From the NCBI GenBank assembly GCA_965235115.1, contig OZ249449.1, forward strand, positions 8,804,001-8,868,000: 64,000 nucleotides of DNA, in the 5' to 3' direction. A program made the position numbers and the translations under genes. Shown one piece after another: positions 1 to 12,034 of this stretch (within the stretch, counting starts at the first letter, position 1; each line of letters opens with the position of its first letter). The notes beneath the pieces were generated by a model. The model was not told where the DNA came from and searched no databases. It saw only the letters and a program-made list of their open reading frames with translations. Origin of the DNA: Laetmonice hystrix (taxonomy: Eukaryota).

Positions 1-54
1 ATTTGCCATGTGTATTTCTATAAATCCCTGTTTTCTCACCAACAAATGCTAATA

Positions 55-175
55 CGCGATCGTTAAGCGATCACGATCGTCTTCATCGAAAAACCGGAAG
101 CCGGGGTATTTTACTACAATCGCGCATGCGTTCCGTGCCTTGTTTTCCGGTTATCGGTGGCGCCACCTGGTGTTC
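55..175. promoter_or_regulatory. CpG-rich promoter-like motif cluster (ETS, NRF1-like, CTCF-like)
   Basis: CCGGAAG at 94-100, CGCGCATGCG at 121-130, reverse ETS TTCCGG at 145-150 and minus-strand ACACCAGGTGGCGCCA at 159-174, set in AT-rich flanks. Confidence 0.45.
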
Positions 176-1076
176 TGTGAGCTAAACGTCTGAAGAACAC
201 CTACTGACCTAGTGCAGAACCCAGAGGAGAGGGCTTGCGTGCTCTTAGTGATATTGAATCTAGGACTTTTGTGTCAGAAGTTGCAATTATTTGCTTCAGC
301 ATGTCCACGCATGGTGTGATGTGTCTCATCTGGGGGAAAAAATAAACTTTTAACTTTGATTTCCCATTAATATATAATTAGGGAAGCTAAATGGTGGGGC
401 ACGTGCCCCCTGTACCCCCTGGATCCGCCTTTGTCTTAGCTGAAATAAAGTATAGACATTTATTTCTGCAGTTATCATCTTCATGATGGTCTGGTGAGAT
501 GATTACAGGATTCTGCAATGAAAAAAAACAACAACAAAAAACGAACAGTAGGCCTATACTATAATTTTTATATGTACAGTACAAAGGCGAAACATCCTTA
601 AAATATAGTCTAGGCCTACAATAGGCCCTAAAAAGTATTTTTGTGGCACACCTTTATTCAATTCAACTACACAAGAATGCACTAATTAAATTAGTAATTA
701 TTAAAGAGTATTCTTTCAAAATTTTTCCCTGGATCCTCCTTAGGCGCTCGCGGCTCCGAAATTTCGGTGCTTCTCCATCAGGTTCCCCACTGTGAGAAAT
801 ATTCCCCCACTGTGAGAAATATTTCTGGTTAGAACACTGTATAACGTTTTTTTGTGTAGCCAGTGCTGACCCGTTGAGCATGTGTCCCCCCTCACCTTGC
901 AAATGGAAGCAAAATTACTACTTGCCAATAATTTACTAACCACAGTATGTCATGGGTCTTAATGTGCTGTTAAATTTGGGTGTTTTATGAATGACTACAG
1001 TTGGAAGGTAGAATTGGATAAGAATGAAGCAGATATTCAAAATCATGCAAGCTTGCTTTTTCCATGCTTTTAACAG

Positions 1077-4000
1077 AGCAAGAACAGGATGAAGCAATGG
1101 AAAGACTAAGAAAAGAACGTGAACTACGCAAAAAGAAAGAAGAAGAAGATAGTTTAAACTTGGAGGAGACCAAAGAACAGGTACTTGTATATCTATATGG
1201 ACACATAATAAGGTTACTCTTTCAAAGTCAGAATTATGAAACACTTGAATTTAGGTCTCAATATACCTGGTAGATTTGAAAAAGAAAATTAGGGTTTTAT
1301 TTATTATAAAAAGGTCTGTGCAAATATTTTAAGTCTTACTTGTACTTTGGCCATATCATGAACCCCCCTTCGTCTGAAGTATGAGACGCTGTCATTGAAG
1401 ACTGAGAGGAAGACAGTTTCCGTGGAATGTTAGCTCACATTGCAGGTCCTACAGCTAGAGAGACAGATGGAGAAGCTCAAGTCAGAGAAACATGAGCTGT
1501 TCTCACGCTTGAAGAAGGTCCTTCACCAGGAGGATGAAACAAAGAAAAAAGCTCAGCTCAAAGAACAAAAGTAAGTGTATAACATTTCTTTATGAGATTT
1601 CAGATAAACCTTCATTAAGGAACACCTCCCCCCCCCGCCCCCAATCACCCTTATAAGGAACATTTTATTCTAGGCCCTAATTTGAACAACATGAGAGTCG
1701 GGGGATTCCTGTTGGACAACCCCCTTTTCTGACAATAACCTTGAAATAGTTCACTGGTGATGTACTTTATGCGTGTATGTTTGTATGTGTTTTATGTATG
1801 TTCATGTTATGAGGCTGTAAATAATTACTTTGTGTACAGGATCCCACATTTGTGATGGCAATATTAGTTGAGTGGAATATCCTGATCAAAGATGATTAAT
1901 AAAAAAATTAAAAAATATCAATGACATAATTCTGGGTAATGCTTTGGTAGTAACAATATAATATTTTGGTAGTGGCATGATATTTTGGCAGTGACATGAT
2001 AATGTTTTGGCAGTGACATGATAATGTTTTGGCAGTGACATGGTAATGTTTTGGCAGTGACATGATAATGTTTTGGTAGTGACATGATAATGTTTTGGCA
2101 GTGACATGATAATGTTTTGAGAGTGACATGATAATGTTTTGGCAGTGACATGATAATGTTTTGACAGTGACATGATAATGTTTTGGCAGTGACATGATAA
2201 TGTTTTGGCAGTGACATGGTAATGTTTTGGCAGTGACATGGTAATGTTTTGGCAGTGACATCATAATGTTTTGGCAGTGACATGATAATGTTTTGACAGT
2301 GACATGATAATGTTTTGGCAGTGACATAATATTTTGGCAGTGACATGACTATTTCTTGTGTAAAACTTGACAGTGAGATGATGGCAGGTCTCGGACCTCA
2401 GTACCAACATAACCTCGTCCAAGGCCACACAGTCTTCATGCAGGGGGCTGTACCAGGCCGACCTAAATACCTGTCAATTCACCAGTCAGTGCCACAGGTA
2501 CGTTTATCTTGTAAATAATTCCTGGAACCTGGAATTTTTATGTAAACTTGATGAACTAAAAAACATTAAAATCAGTTGTTGATCATTGACAGTGCAGTTA
2601 TATAACTTTGTTAAATGGAATTGCAGCTCGAAAAAGGTTACAATCTGCTCCAATTATTGTCATAAATTCCTTCCAAATAGGGTAAATTATTTTTTATTGG
2701 CAGGGTATAAAGCGCCAGAGAAGTCCATCACCACCCCCTGTGAGCATGTACCCTAATTATAGCGGGGGTGGAAACAAGTACCCTCCGAGTAGCTACCCCT
2801 CAAGTGTCAAGCAGGAGCCCTACCCAACACCACAGAGTGAGTGTGAAATTCTAGATTCATTTGTGTTGCTTTTTCAGTTCTTTTTCAAAGGGAATAAAGA
2901 CATCAAAATCTGGCAATGATATTTTAAGTTTAACTTCCAAAGACTTTGACTGGTATCATTTTTTTTATTATTCAAACTGAGCTAGATCTAGTCCTGCTCA
3001 CTTGTTTTTTTTTTCTTTATAGCCATCTAGCTAAATGCAAGTTTCCTACCATCTTTGATACGGTTGCATAATATTCTTTCTGCAATCTGCAAACAGGTCT
3101 GAAAGCACGACTCGGTGACCAGGCATCCTACCAACCCTCCTCGACCCACGTAACGTACGTCACCCAATCAGGGCACACGTATCAGCAGGCTCAGCAGCAG
3201 CAACCCACGTATGCCGGCAGTCAACCCAGCGGCTCCAGCAAGTATGCTGCCAACCAATCTGCATTCACGTCTTATCCGAGTCACTACGCTCAACATCAGA
3301 AGGCCATAACCGATCACCCAGCATACACTCAGGGTTATGCAGCGCAACGTCTCACCCAACCTGGTTTGTATTAGATTTAGAATCAAACCATTGGACCTTT
3401 TTTTTTTTACCTTTTGTAATTTTCTATCTGGGCCAAATGATATGATCTCATAGACTTGCCAGGTGTTGTGGTCTTAATTCTGAATTTTCATGATCACCTA
3501 TTTCATTTTTGATAAAATGTTAGGCTTTTGATGATGATATTAAGTGGAGTATTTGGACGATACAGGTTATATGAGTTCAGCCCACACCACACCAAGCCTA
3601 CCCTTACAGCAGCAATTAGAACATGCCAACCAGAAATCAGGATTCAGCGAGGAAAAGTACAAGTTGCAACAAGTGAGTCCTTTGAATCCTTAAGGCTTTC
3701 AATCGTCGGGGGGAAAAAGAAGCAAAAAAAAAACAACTAAAAAATGATCAGTCTCACATTCCGAGTTGTGTTTTGCAGCAGCAGCTGGCAGCTGCAGGTA
3801 TGCCGCAGCAGGGCCAGCAGGCACCCATCATGGCGGCACAGATCCCTATATCCCAGCAACAGAACCCAGCCGCCGCTGCCGCTCAGCCTTCCGCTGGTAA
3901 AGGTAGCATCGTGACCGGATACCCAGTCCGCACACAGGCGACAACATCTAGTTACCAGCCAACGACTACAGTGAAGGTTAACTAAATCAATTTAGCAAAC

Positions 4001-4399
4001 ATTGGCATCAGCAAAAGTTAATCATGACATTATAAAAGCATAATGGAACCGATCCAAATAGTGCATTTTTTTCAGTTACAGCAGTGTGTTAACAGTGAAT
4101 GCATGATGGTAAAAGGTCTTGATAGTGTTATTCAATTTCATATTCATTGTTTATGAATACATTTTGTTTCTTTCCTAATTAAATGCATTACAGGATACCG
4201 TCTTAAACAAGATCTTTGTTTTATGGGGGTTTATAATTGGTTTCCGGTAAATAACCAATAATGACATCCCAGGAAATTTGCTGAGCATAATTTTGTGACC
4301 CTGTGGCTGATCATTCTGAACATATCTTTCTGTTGTTTTCAGAGTATTTACGCTGGGCAGCAGGGCCAGCGACTGCCGTACAACTCACGAATGTGGTAG
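1077..4399 (+). CDS. GPS2: G protein pathway suppressor 2 (NCoR/SMRT-HDAC3 complex subunit), 5'-partial. Exons 1077-1180, 1446-1570, 2374-2497, 2704-2836, 3097-3363, 3566-3672, 3779-3976, 4343-4399
   Basis: All introns are GT-AG with consistent phases (370 full codons plus stop). The coiled coil LEETKEQ-VLQLERQMEKLKSEKHELFSRLKKVLHQED and the C-terminal LQQQLEHANQKSGFS match recalled human GPS2 (LEETKEQILKLEEK...KHQLFLQLKKVLHEE; LQKQMEHANQQTGFS). The first coding exon was not found and is probably upstream of the window. Confidence 0.92.
1961..2347. repeat. 22-bp minisatellite (GACATGATAATGTTTTGGCAGT)n, about 17 copies, in a GPS2 intron
   Basis: Direct tandem units. They explain the three overlapping minus-strand ORFs with a 22-aa period (3 units = 66 nt). 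Confidence 0.95.
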
Positions 4400-6644
4400 G
4401 TACTCATCACCTGAACAACATCATAGACAGGGTGGTCGAGAAAATACCAATTTTTGTTAATGTGTACTGTTAGCATTGGACACATAGTGTGACAGGTCTG
4501 AAATGTGAAAGTGTTTGTATGGGACACTGCGTATGTGTGGGAGGGTGGGGACATTTTGAAATCAAGAACTTGGTATTTCTGCACACTCTCTTGCGTTCTT
4601 ATGCAGAGGGATTCCTTTATGAAGGGTTGAATTGTATTTTGTCAGCAATAAAGGCCCCCTACTGTTAATTTTGGGAGCCACCTCACAGCCAACAAGATTC
4701 TTATAATTAAAAGAATTTCACCATTTCTGTTCTGTTCTGTTGACATTGATGATTCAAGCCATCCACCAGTATCATTTCAAATCTTTGCTGAAGTCCAAGA
4801 ATTTGGGTACTCTAGTATGTAAATGAATGAAAAATAAAAATAAAAACAGAAACAAGACAGTTTCAATTGATTTGCAGTCAGGCCTTGTTGAAATGCGGTA
4901 ATTAGTTGTGTATGCTGTATGTGGCCACCCATACATAGTGCCATCCTGGTGTCGGAGTGAAGAAAGCTATTAACATTGCTGGTTTGTGTATATAATGTCC
5001 AAGGCGTTGTATAGAAATGTGAATGTATCGAGACGTATTTTCACACACCCATATGTTGGAGTCGTATGGTGACGTGAATGGTAATTCTTGGTTTAAATTC
5101 TAAAGGTAAAATCTTCTAAGAAAATGAAGAGCTACTCCTGCTATATTTGAGTCAGATGTCATTAATTATATAAAAGCAAAAGTTGGGATGCTCTGTTCAG
5201 TGATACTGTGATGTAAGAAATCATTGTTTAAAAGACCAGGTGTATGTACTTTTTAACAATCGAAGTTTCTGTTTTTGTGAGAGATGCTTAAAATTAGTGT
5301 TGTACATTTTGTACTAAGGTTGAGAATTATTTGCGTGTCCTGGTAAAAGATTTGGTCCTTGGGAATCATGTCGGCACTAAAACTTTTCTTGATTAAATCG
5401 TAATATTGTGCATTGTAACAATGAAAAATTAAAAAAAAATTAAAAAATTAAAGGATGCATGGATTTAGTTATTCATATTGCTCTTCTTTCTCCTCCTTCT
5501 CTTTCTTCTCCACCTCCTATTTCAGTATGTGTTGTGTTTTGGGGCAATTTTGTTTCTATGTATTGTGAATATAATCCTAGTTCTACCGGTACCGACAGTC
5601 GGGTGGCATTTGCGTTCCCGATGCCATCCGGCGGAATCACCCAGACCGATCAAAGACTTAAAGTTAAACTTAACCTAGAAAGAACGTTTTTGACTGCAGC
5701 TTATACTCGTCCGTCACTGCCCAAGCCTGTTATTCGTTCAGCCCAAATAGCTGGTCGGATTAACCTCGTAAATAATAAACCATCTTATTCCTTTAACGGT
5801 GTAATTGTTGGAGGCCTCTTGGCTGCAGATCTTTTTCTCTGAGTCAGGGCAGGATCTTTTCAGTGGTCACATCCCCAGTGGTCCTAGCTTACGTGGTAAG
5901 CCTCAGCCAGTGAGACTTACGACCACTCAATGTTAAAAATTTGTGTGCCAGTGGCAGCGCCAATTCGTGTACCGATCAACTCACCGGCATCCATTTATCG
6001 GGGGCAACGTCTTCTTTTAGTTGTTTGACAAGTATTTTAAGGATAAAACATCAAATTACGAAGTGTCGTACAGCTGCGGCTTCCCTGGCCTGTTTATGTC
6101 CCAGCATGCATCTCTCTGACCTAGCAAGGTCCCCTGCTCTACGTATGTCGTAACATAGCGGACGCGTCTGTTAGGCAGGGTACAAGGCTACTCCCTGACC
6201 CGGGAGGTCAAAATGGCTGCGATAGGCAGAGAGCGAAATTCGTCGATTCCAGACTTTGTGCTGCCCTTATTATTTCTCGTCGTGCTTTCCAAACGTGGAA
6301 ATAAGTGAGATAAGTTACTTTAAGCGTGTTTATTAATATTCAGTTCAGATATGTGGGCAGGGGAGGGATTTTCATGGTAGTTGGATGATTTGACCGAACA
6401 CACCAGGAACTTGCACTACGTGGCGTCCGTCTCTGTATACGGTAGTACGAAGACGGATTCTTTGTCTACAGTGGTCCCAGAACTTCTCACGGTAGAATTC
6501 AAATCCCCCATGGTGCTTATTTGAGAAACGTGTGCTAGATTTGGGAGAGGTCGGTGGTTTCAGTGATGTACTTCAAGTTCTTCAACTGGAAAACTCACTG
6601 CTTCGATTTAACCCTGGCTGTTCACAGCTGAGTCGTAAACTTAA

Positions 6645-6971
6645 AGTGCCACCCTAAATTCCTCAAATACTTACCTCTGAACTCCAGTGACACCATATTA
6701 AAATGTCAAGTTCGAGCAATAAGCAAAAGTATTACAAAAATAGAGTTATGTTAAGGGCCCAGAGTTACCGTTCAGTCCGACCTCTATTTTCTGAAGCCGC
6801 TGGGAGCTAGCGGCAATCACGCGTGGTAACGACAGCAGAGACAATTTTGTTTTCATTTTTCCATTCCATTTTTAAAAATACTTTTGCTTATTGCTCGAAC
6901 CTGAAATTTCAATGTGTCACTGGGGTCAAAGGTAATAATAATAAGTCTTTGGGGGAATTTGGGGTGCCATT
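6645..6971. mobile_element. TTAA-flanked MITE with ~95-bp imperfect TIRs (Kolobok/T2-like)
   Basis: TTAA at 6641-44 and 6972-75. Left arm AGTGCCACCCTAAATTCC...GTTCGAGCAATAAGCAAAAGTATT is mirrored by AATACTTTTGCTTATTGCTCGAAC...GAATTTGGGGTGCCATT. Superfamily is inferred from the TTAA TSD and purine-purine end. Confidence 0.75.
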
Positions 6972-7684
6972 TTAAGTTCGGGTCCATCTAACCTAGTCCT
7001 TTTGGACTTTGTGACTTTATTGTGAAAACGTAGCGTGCACGTTTTTAACTGTCCGCAACTTGTGAAGTTCCAGAAATAGTCGCATCTTGATTCTTGAGGA
7101 GCATGTTTAGAATATTGGAAATCGATTTCCGAAAGTACTAGTTGAACAACTATTATAAATACACAATGTACTGACAGTAACGCTTCTAATTCGCAGAAGT
7201 AATTTTAATATAACCCAGTGAGTCGGAATAGGAAAACGCGTCCTACTTTTGAAATGTATACTTGTAGTGAAAGGCCTAGTGTTAGATGATGCTATACACA
7301 GCACTGGGTTTTTCTTAGCAGGTTTATATTGGTAGAGTTAACCTTGATTTCATGGGGGCCTTCTCATTACCGAGATCTGTATATAGTCTCCTTAACCCGT
7401 CAATCAATGTAATTCTTTTCACCTCTCTGTTGCAAGAAGGTATATTTTAATAATATCAATTAAAGAAAACGTAAGGCACCTCGCGTAATACAACGTAAAA
7501 CGATTCTAAACAGGCGTAGCAAGTTACCAGGGTCGGTGAGTAGGCCTATTTATGATATTTAATCAATTACAGTAGTATTATTGCTAATAGTTAGAGAAAC
7601 TAGACGTAACTATGTCTGCAATTGATCTAGATCTACGCTAGACTGCCAACACTATCACCAGAATGCTTTGAAACCCCGTTTCCT

Positions 7685-9870
7685 TTATATATTCTCAATT
7701 TGTCCAACTTTTCTTTCCTGGAGCGTTGTTGCTGGACGTGCTCCGCGGAGCTGGCTGCAGACGGTATGAATGAGAACTAGGCCTGATGTCACCATCAGAC
7801 CTCCCGCCAAGTGAAACGACATCCCATAATTCCCGGTTGATCGATACAGGATTTCTGTGGGTGTAAGGAACAAGTCATTCAAAGTTGTTTCAAGTTGTGA
7901 TTTAAGATAATTTTATCTATAGACGGCGAAAATTATGTTCAATTGTTTAATGGGTAGGCCAACCACCATTTTTTTACCATCTTCCCTCAAAGAGGTTCAG
8001 CATGCACTGCACGCGACGTTGTGTTACATTGTAATGAATCATGATGAATAAGGCAATTTCCTACCGCTCAATTAAGCGACCAGTATTTATAGAACATGTA
8101 TTGCAAATCTATCGTACAAACCTACCTGAGAGGACTAGTGACCCACATAAATATAGGCCTATATGAGAAACTTTTGAGTTGAGCCAATTGCCCATAGACT
8201 GTGGTTCCTTATGGATTATTTTTGTGATACCTTTACGTAAAAAACTTGATTTCTTGCATTCTTGTGGATCACAAGAAATTGCGATGGATCACAAGACATC
8301 TTGCGATAAGTCTTACGGCGTTTGAAACCATGAGAAAAAGCTGCAAGAACACCGCAAGGAGATCACAACGATAGGGTCCGACGATGCAGCACACCACAAC
8401 AAACGGCAATCACTCCGTAAAGGGAACTGCAAAGAACCACAATCTATGGGCATGCAATTGGCTTGACTCTACTCAAGAAGGAGGAACTCATACCGCCAAG
8501 CGGCCCACCAAGGATGGTTCCAGGGCCGGCAGATAGACACAGAGTCCCAAAGGCGGTCGGGACGGAATCTAGGTCAACCAACTGGGCCGCGTTGGGAAGC
8601 CAGTTCGAATGCATGGGCGCTGACAGTATGCCGTAAACAACAGCAAACGCGACCAGACCACGTAAGGACAACACAAACACTGGAAAGACAACCGTCAAGA
8701 CACCAAGCAGAGTATTTACTGACAAGGAAATAATTAAGGGATTCATTCGGGGTATTTGTAGCAAAAAGCCTGACAGAAATCTGGCAATTGCTGACGAGAT
8801 TCCAAGGATGAAATATAGAAATGCAGCATCCTCTTCGGTGTACCCCAAACTTAACGCGTACGATCCCAAATGTAAATATATCACACTTGTCGCCATTGAA
8901 TATATTCCTGTGCTCAGACACAGCGATAGAAGTGCCTGATTTCGTAACAGAGTGAAATACTTCAGGCATTGTCGGAAAATTCCACCTGACGTTTCTCTTG
9001 CTGAATTCTTGCTTCCTACTTCCTTATCCGTATTTGGTCTGTAGATGGCGCCACAAACCACACAATTCAGTAGGAGGCCGGCCATCATTAAAATGGCCCC
9101 CCGCCAACCGTAAACCTCATCTAAACGGTGGATCACGACAGGAAAAGTCATTGAGGCTACTCCGATCCCACCACTGGCAAGTCCAACGACGAAACCGAGT
9201 CGTTTGTCGAAATATTTTGTCAGGACGGACATGGCTGGTACGTATATGGAGCTCAGCCCGATTCCTAGCAGTATTCCATAGGTAAAAAGGACTTGGCCAG
9301 AGCTAGTTGCAAATGACGTCATAACCAAACTGGCAGAAGACAGTGTCGCCCCAAATATTGAGACTCTTCGTTCACCATATCGCTCTACGAAAATACCACA
9401 CAGAGGTCCTGAAAAAAGCAACGCAAAAGGTCTGAACCCCACTGAGAAAGACTTAAGTCTGGATGTGCAAGTATACATGTAGGCCCATATATTTTAGCCT
9501 CGCAGATGTAGTCTGACCTTCCATTATTTCACTTCATTTCATTATTGAAACTTATTATGAAGCAAAAGGGATTCAGAAAATCCTTCTTTCCAAGTTTTCA
9601 TTGCATCCGAATGCTTAATGCATTACACAATTTCTGAGATATAATTATAACATCATGTGGTGTATTTGATGTATTACCCCAAAACAAGGCCACCCCCCAG
9701 CAAAGTGACGGAATCAGCGCCACGACGGTCTGCGAGTCGTGGAAATGTCTGCTGAACATGATGTAGATGATACCCATAGAGAGAAGTATTGCGGCGTGTA
9801 AGGCGTTGGCTGTAACACTGGCGGCACCAACCACCCAGCTGTAGCCAGAATCAACCACTGGCTTGCCCAT
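7685..9870 (-). CDS. SLC16/MCT-family transporter type A, copy A1 (425 aa). Exons 9870-9678, 9408-8494, 7854-7685
   Basis: TM1 motif DSGYSW (cf. SLC16 DGGWGW), loop GPLCGIFVERYGERRV, TM5 motif YFDKRLGFVVGLASGG. About 12 hydrophobic segments; two phase-1 GT-AG introns; open frame. Confidence 0.9.
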
Positions 9871-10966
9871 AATGCTAAAAGAACAATGCAAAAATTGTGC
9901 ATTAAAGACAGAGAGAATACATGTGTAGACACTTATATGGTCGGACGGACGGACGTAGAAACAAATTGGCAGCTCTGCCTCTTGAGTTGGAGCTAATAGT
10001 AGGCCAAATTAATAGGCTATGTAAACAACAACAAACAAACACAGAAAAAAAAGAAACAACTTGCCTGCAGATGTATTAGTGAATCATAGACGAACATCCA
10101 CCCTGTCAACACGCGTAGCCAAACAGGTCTGGGAATCCTAAGGGGACTGACTACATGCGTGCATATATGTGTCAGTACGTCACCCCACAAACCGTCCCGG
10201 AGATAGGTGAATGCATCATTGGATAATACCACGGTACGCCAGCTCTCCAAGCAACCATGAGTAAACACAACGTCAGGGTTATGTTACTCTTGGGGGCATT
10301 GAACATTTGTATGACAAGGTCACAAGCACTGCCGTAGGCCTATATAAACACGTGTTAGGGCCTCATTTATGCGCTTGGAGTATTTCTAGTTTGAGGAAAA
10401 GAGTCAATAGTAAGCAAGAATTAACAAATAAGGGTTTTTTTGCGGGGCCACGGTATGGGGCGATTTGTTGAATGGACACCATCCCTGCATTTTTTCTACA
10501 CGGTGCTCAACTGGAAGCAAACGGAGGGGGTGGCAGTGGCGGATCGGGGGGGGGGGCTTGGGGGGCTTAAGTCTATACCAAACCTTAACGGAGCACTCAT
10601 GGGGACTGCATTGTTGACTATAAGCATATCTCAGTGATGATGGTCAGGCAGGCTCGTTGCTAAAGCCCCAGTCCCACCAAAGCCGATTGTATACAGATCT
10701 GAAATTTATTTTAAGTCGTGATGAATCGTAATGAAAATAACAACCCGAAGACCTAGCTAGCTACGAACCTTAACGTACGGTTTCTGATTGGTCGCAAGAT
10801 CGTCGGTGACTGGTTAAATCTCCTGAGCTAAAATACGAGTTTTGCTGCTGGTTATGCCAGGGCGTAGAATCTATATATAGATCTACGTAAGCACGCAAAG
10901 CACGCAAACGTTACGCTCTGGTCCCAGGATGGCAGGTCGGGGCATCAAGGCCTCTCGGCTCATGTC

Positions 10967-11075
10967 GGGAATGGACGTGACGTCATCAAAATGAGCAATA
11001 AAAGATGTTAAACCTAACCCTAACCGTTACCTTAACACTCACTATCGCTCATTTGGTGACGTCACGGCCATTCCC
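10967..11075. mobile_element. ~110-bp hairpin element with CCTAACC loop (Helitron/Helentron-associated type)
   Basis: Arms GGGAATGGACGTGACGTCATCAAAATGAGC and GCTCATTTGGTGACGTCACGGCCATTCCC around AAACCTAACCCTAACCGTTACCTTAAC. Family assignment is from general knowledge only. Confidence 0.6.
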
Positions 11076-11738
11076 TGACGTGTGCCGGCCTCACGCTCGT
11101 CCGCTCACGTTCCCTGCTAGAACGTATCGCTCGTAGATCTATGTGACGATCATGGGAATTAAGGCTGTGTAGACGTCCTTGCATGGCCTTACAGACTACA
11201 ACTTTCACGCACACAAGAATCCCTTGCAAGCAGAGGGAGGGTATGATGTGTGATGTATGTTTTACCGGGCCTTCTAACGGAGCTTGCCGCGAAATTATTG
11301 TCATTTTCACGCATCCCCGACTGTTCCGACAACACTGCCAGCAGACTGTCACTGAGCAGTACACCCATACATACCCGGCACCAAATCCACAACAACGGAA
11401 TGAAACATTCGACTTCTTGTAATTGTGTTACCATTGTTACACTGAGGTGGCCTATAAATTCACATATAGAGAGGTCCATGGAAGTGAAACGTGCCGACAA
11501 ATGAAGAAATTTAAAGCATCGCCATCTATTTCCTATGTTGATATCCGGCGATTTACGCAGCGACACCTCCCCGCGTAAGTTTTTGGCGAAGTAAATTAAG
11601 CGTAAAATAAAGGCGTCTACCCTTGGCCTCCTAGCGGAGACACCGGGGGGCTTGGTACAGGTGTGCCATGAAATATTGCAGTCATGGAATACTGCAGATC
11701 TTAATGCGTCAAAATACGGCAATAGGCCTATTTCATGA

Positions 11739-12034
11739 CAATCTAATTAAAAGTAGATCTTGGTAGGCCTATTCCGCGTCTCTCTCGGCTGTGTCAGTGC
11801 TGCCTGCGCTCCATAGGGCCTACCTCGATCTAAGGACATCCCATTAGGGGTCACCTCAGGTTGACCTCTGGATTCAGCCAATCAGCGAGTCGCCTACGAA
11901 ATCTTCGGTGTGCGCTCGTAGGCATTTCCAATGGCACACTTGAATCTGGGTCAAAGGGCAGCCTGAGGTGACCCCATACGGGATGCCGTTAGATCCTAGT
12001 ATGAAATAACTAAGATCTAATTTTAATTAGATTG
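11739..12034. mobile_element. 296-bp MITE with 22-bp TIRs and 9-bp TSD (Mutator-like), present only in copy 1
   Basis: TIRs CAATCTAATTAAAAGTAGATCT and AGATCTAATTTTAATTAGATTG (21/22). TSD ATTTCATGA at 11730-38 and 12035-43. Empty site near 40126-40140. Confidence 0.85.
11831..11991. mobile_element. Nested ~160-bp MITE with TA ends, inside the 9-bp-TSD element
   Basis: TAAGGACATCCCATTAGGGGTCACCTCAGG is mirrored by CCTGAGGTGACCCCATACGGGATGCCGTTA. Confidence 0.7.

Noticed and set aside
172-340. Possible snoRNA or snRNA (hairpin GTTCT...CTGA-AGAAC)
   Set aside because: No convincing box C/D or H/ACA layout and no match to the sn/snoRNAs I can recall. An Infernal/Rfam scan would settle it.
1886-2346. 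Three long repetitive ORFs (MSLPKHYHVTAKTLSCHCQNII)n; also a CRISPR-like look
   Set aside because: They arise from a stop-free 22-bp minisatellite in an intron. There are no unique spacers and no cas genes, and the context is eukaryotic.
5459-6153. 127-aa and 70-aa ORFs after the GPS2 3' UTR
   Set aside because: Low-complexity start and no recognisable homology; probably an unclassified repeat.
8574-9285. 131-aa and 95-aa ORFs recurring in every type A copy, and 76-108-aa ORFs in type B copies
   Set aside because: Alternate-frame or antisense shadows of the SLC16 large exon; they recur only because of the duplication.
11010-11040. CCTAACCCTAACC as an interstitial telomere
   Set aside because: Only about two units, forming the loop of a dispersed hairpin element.
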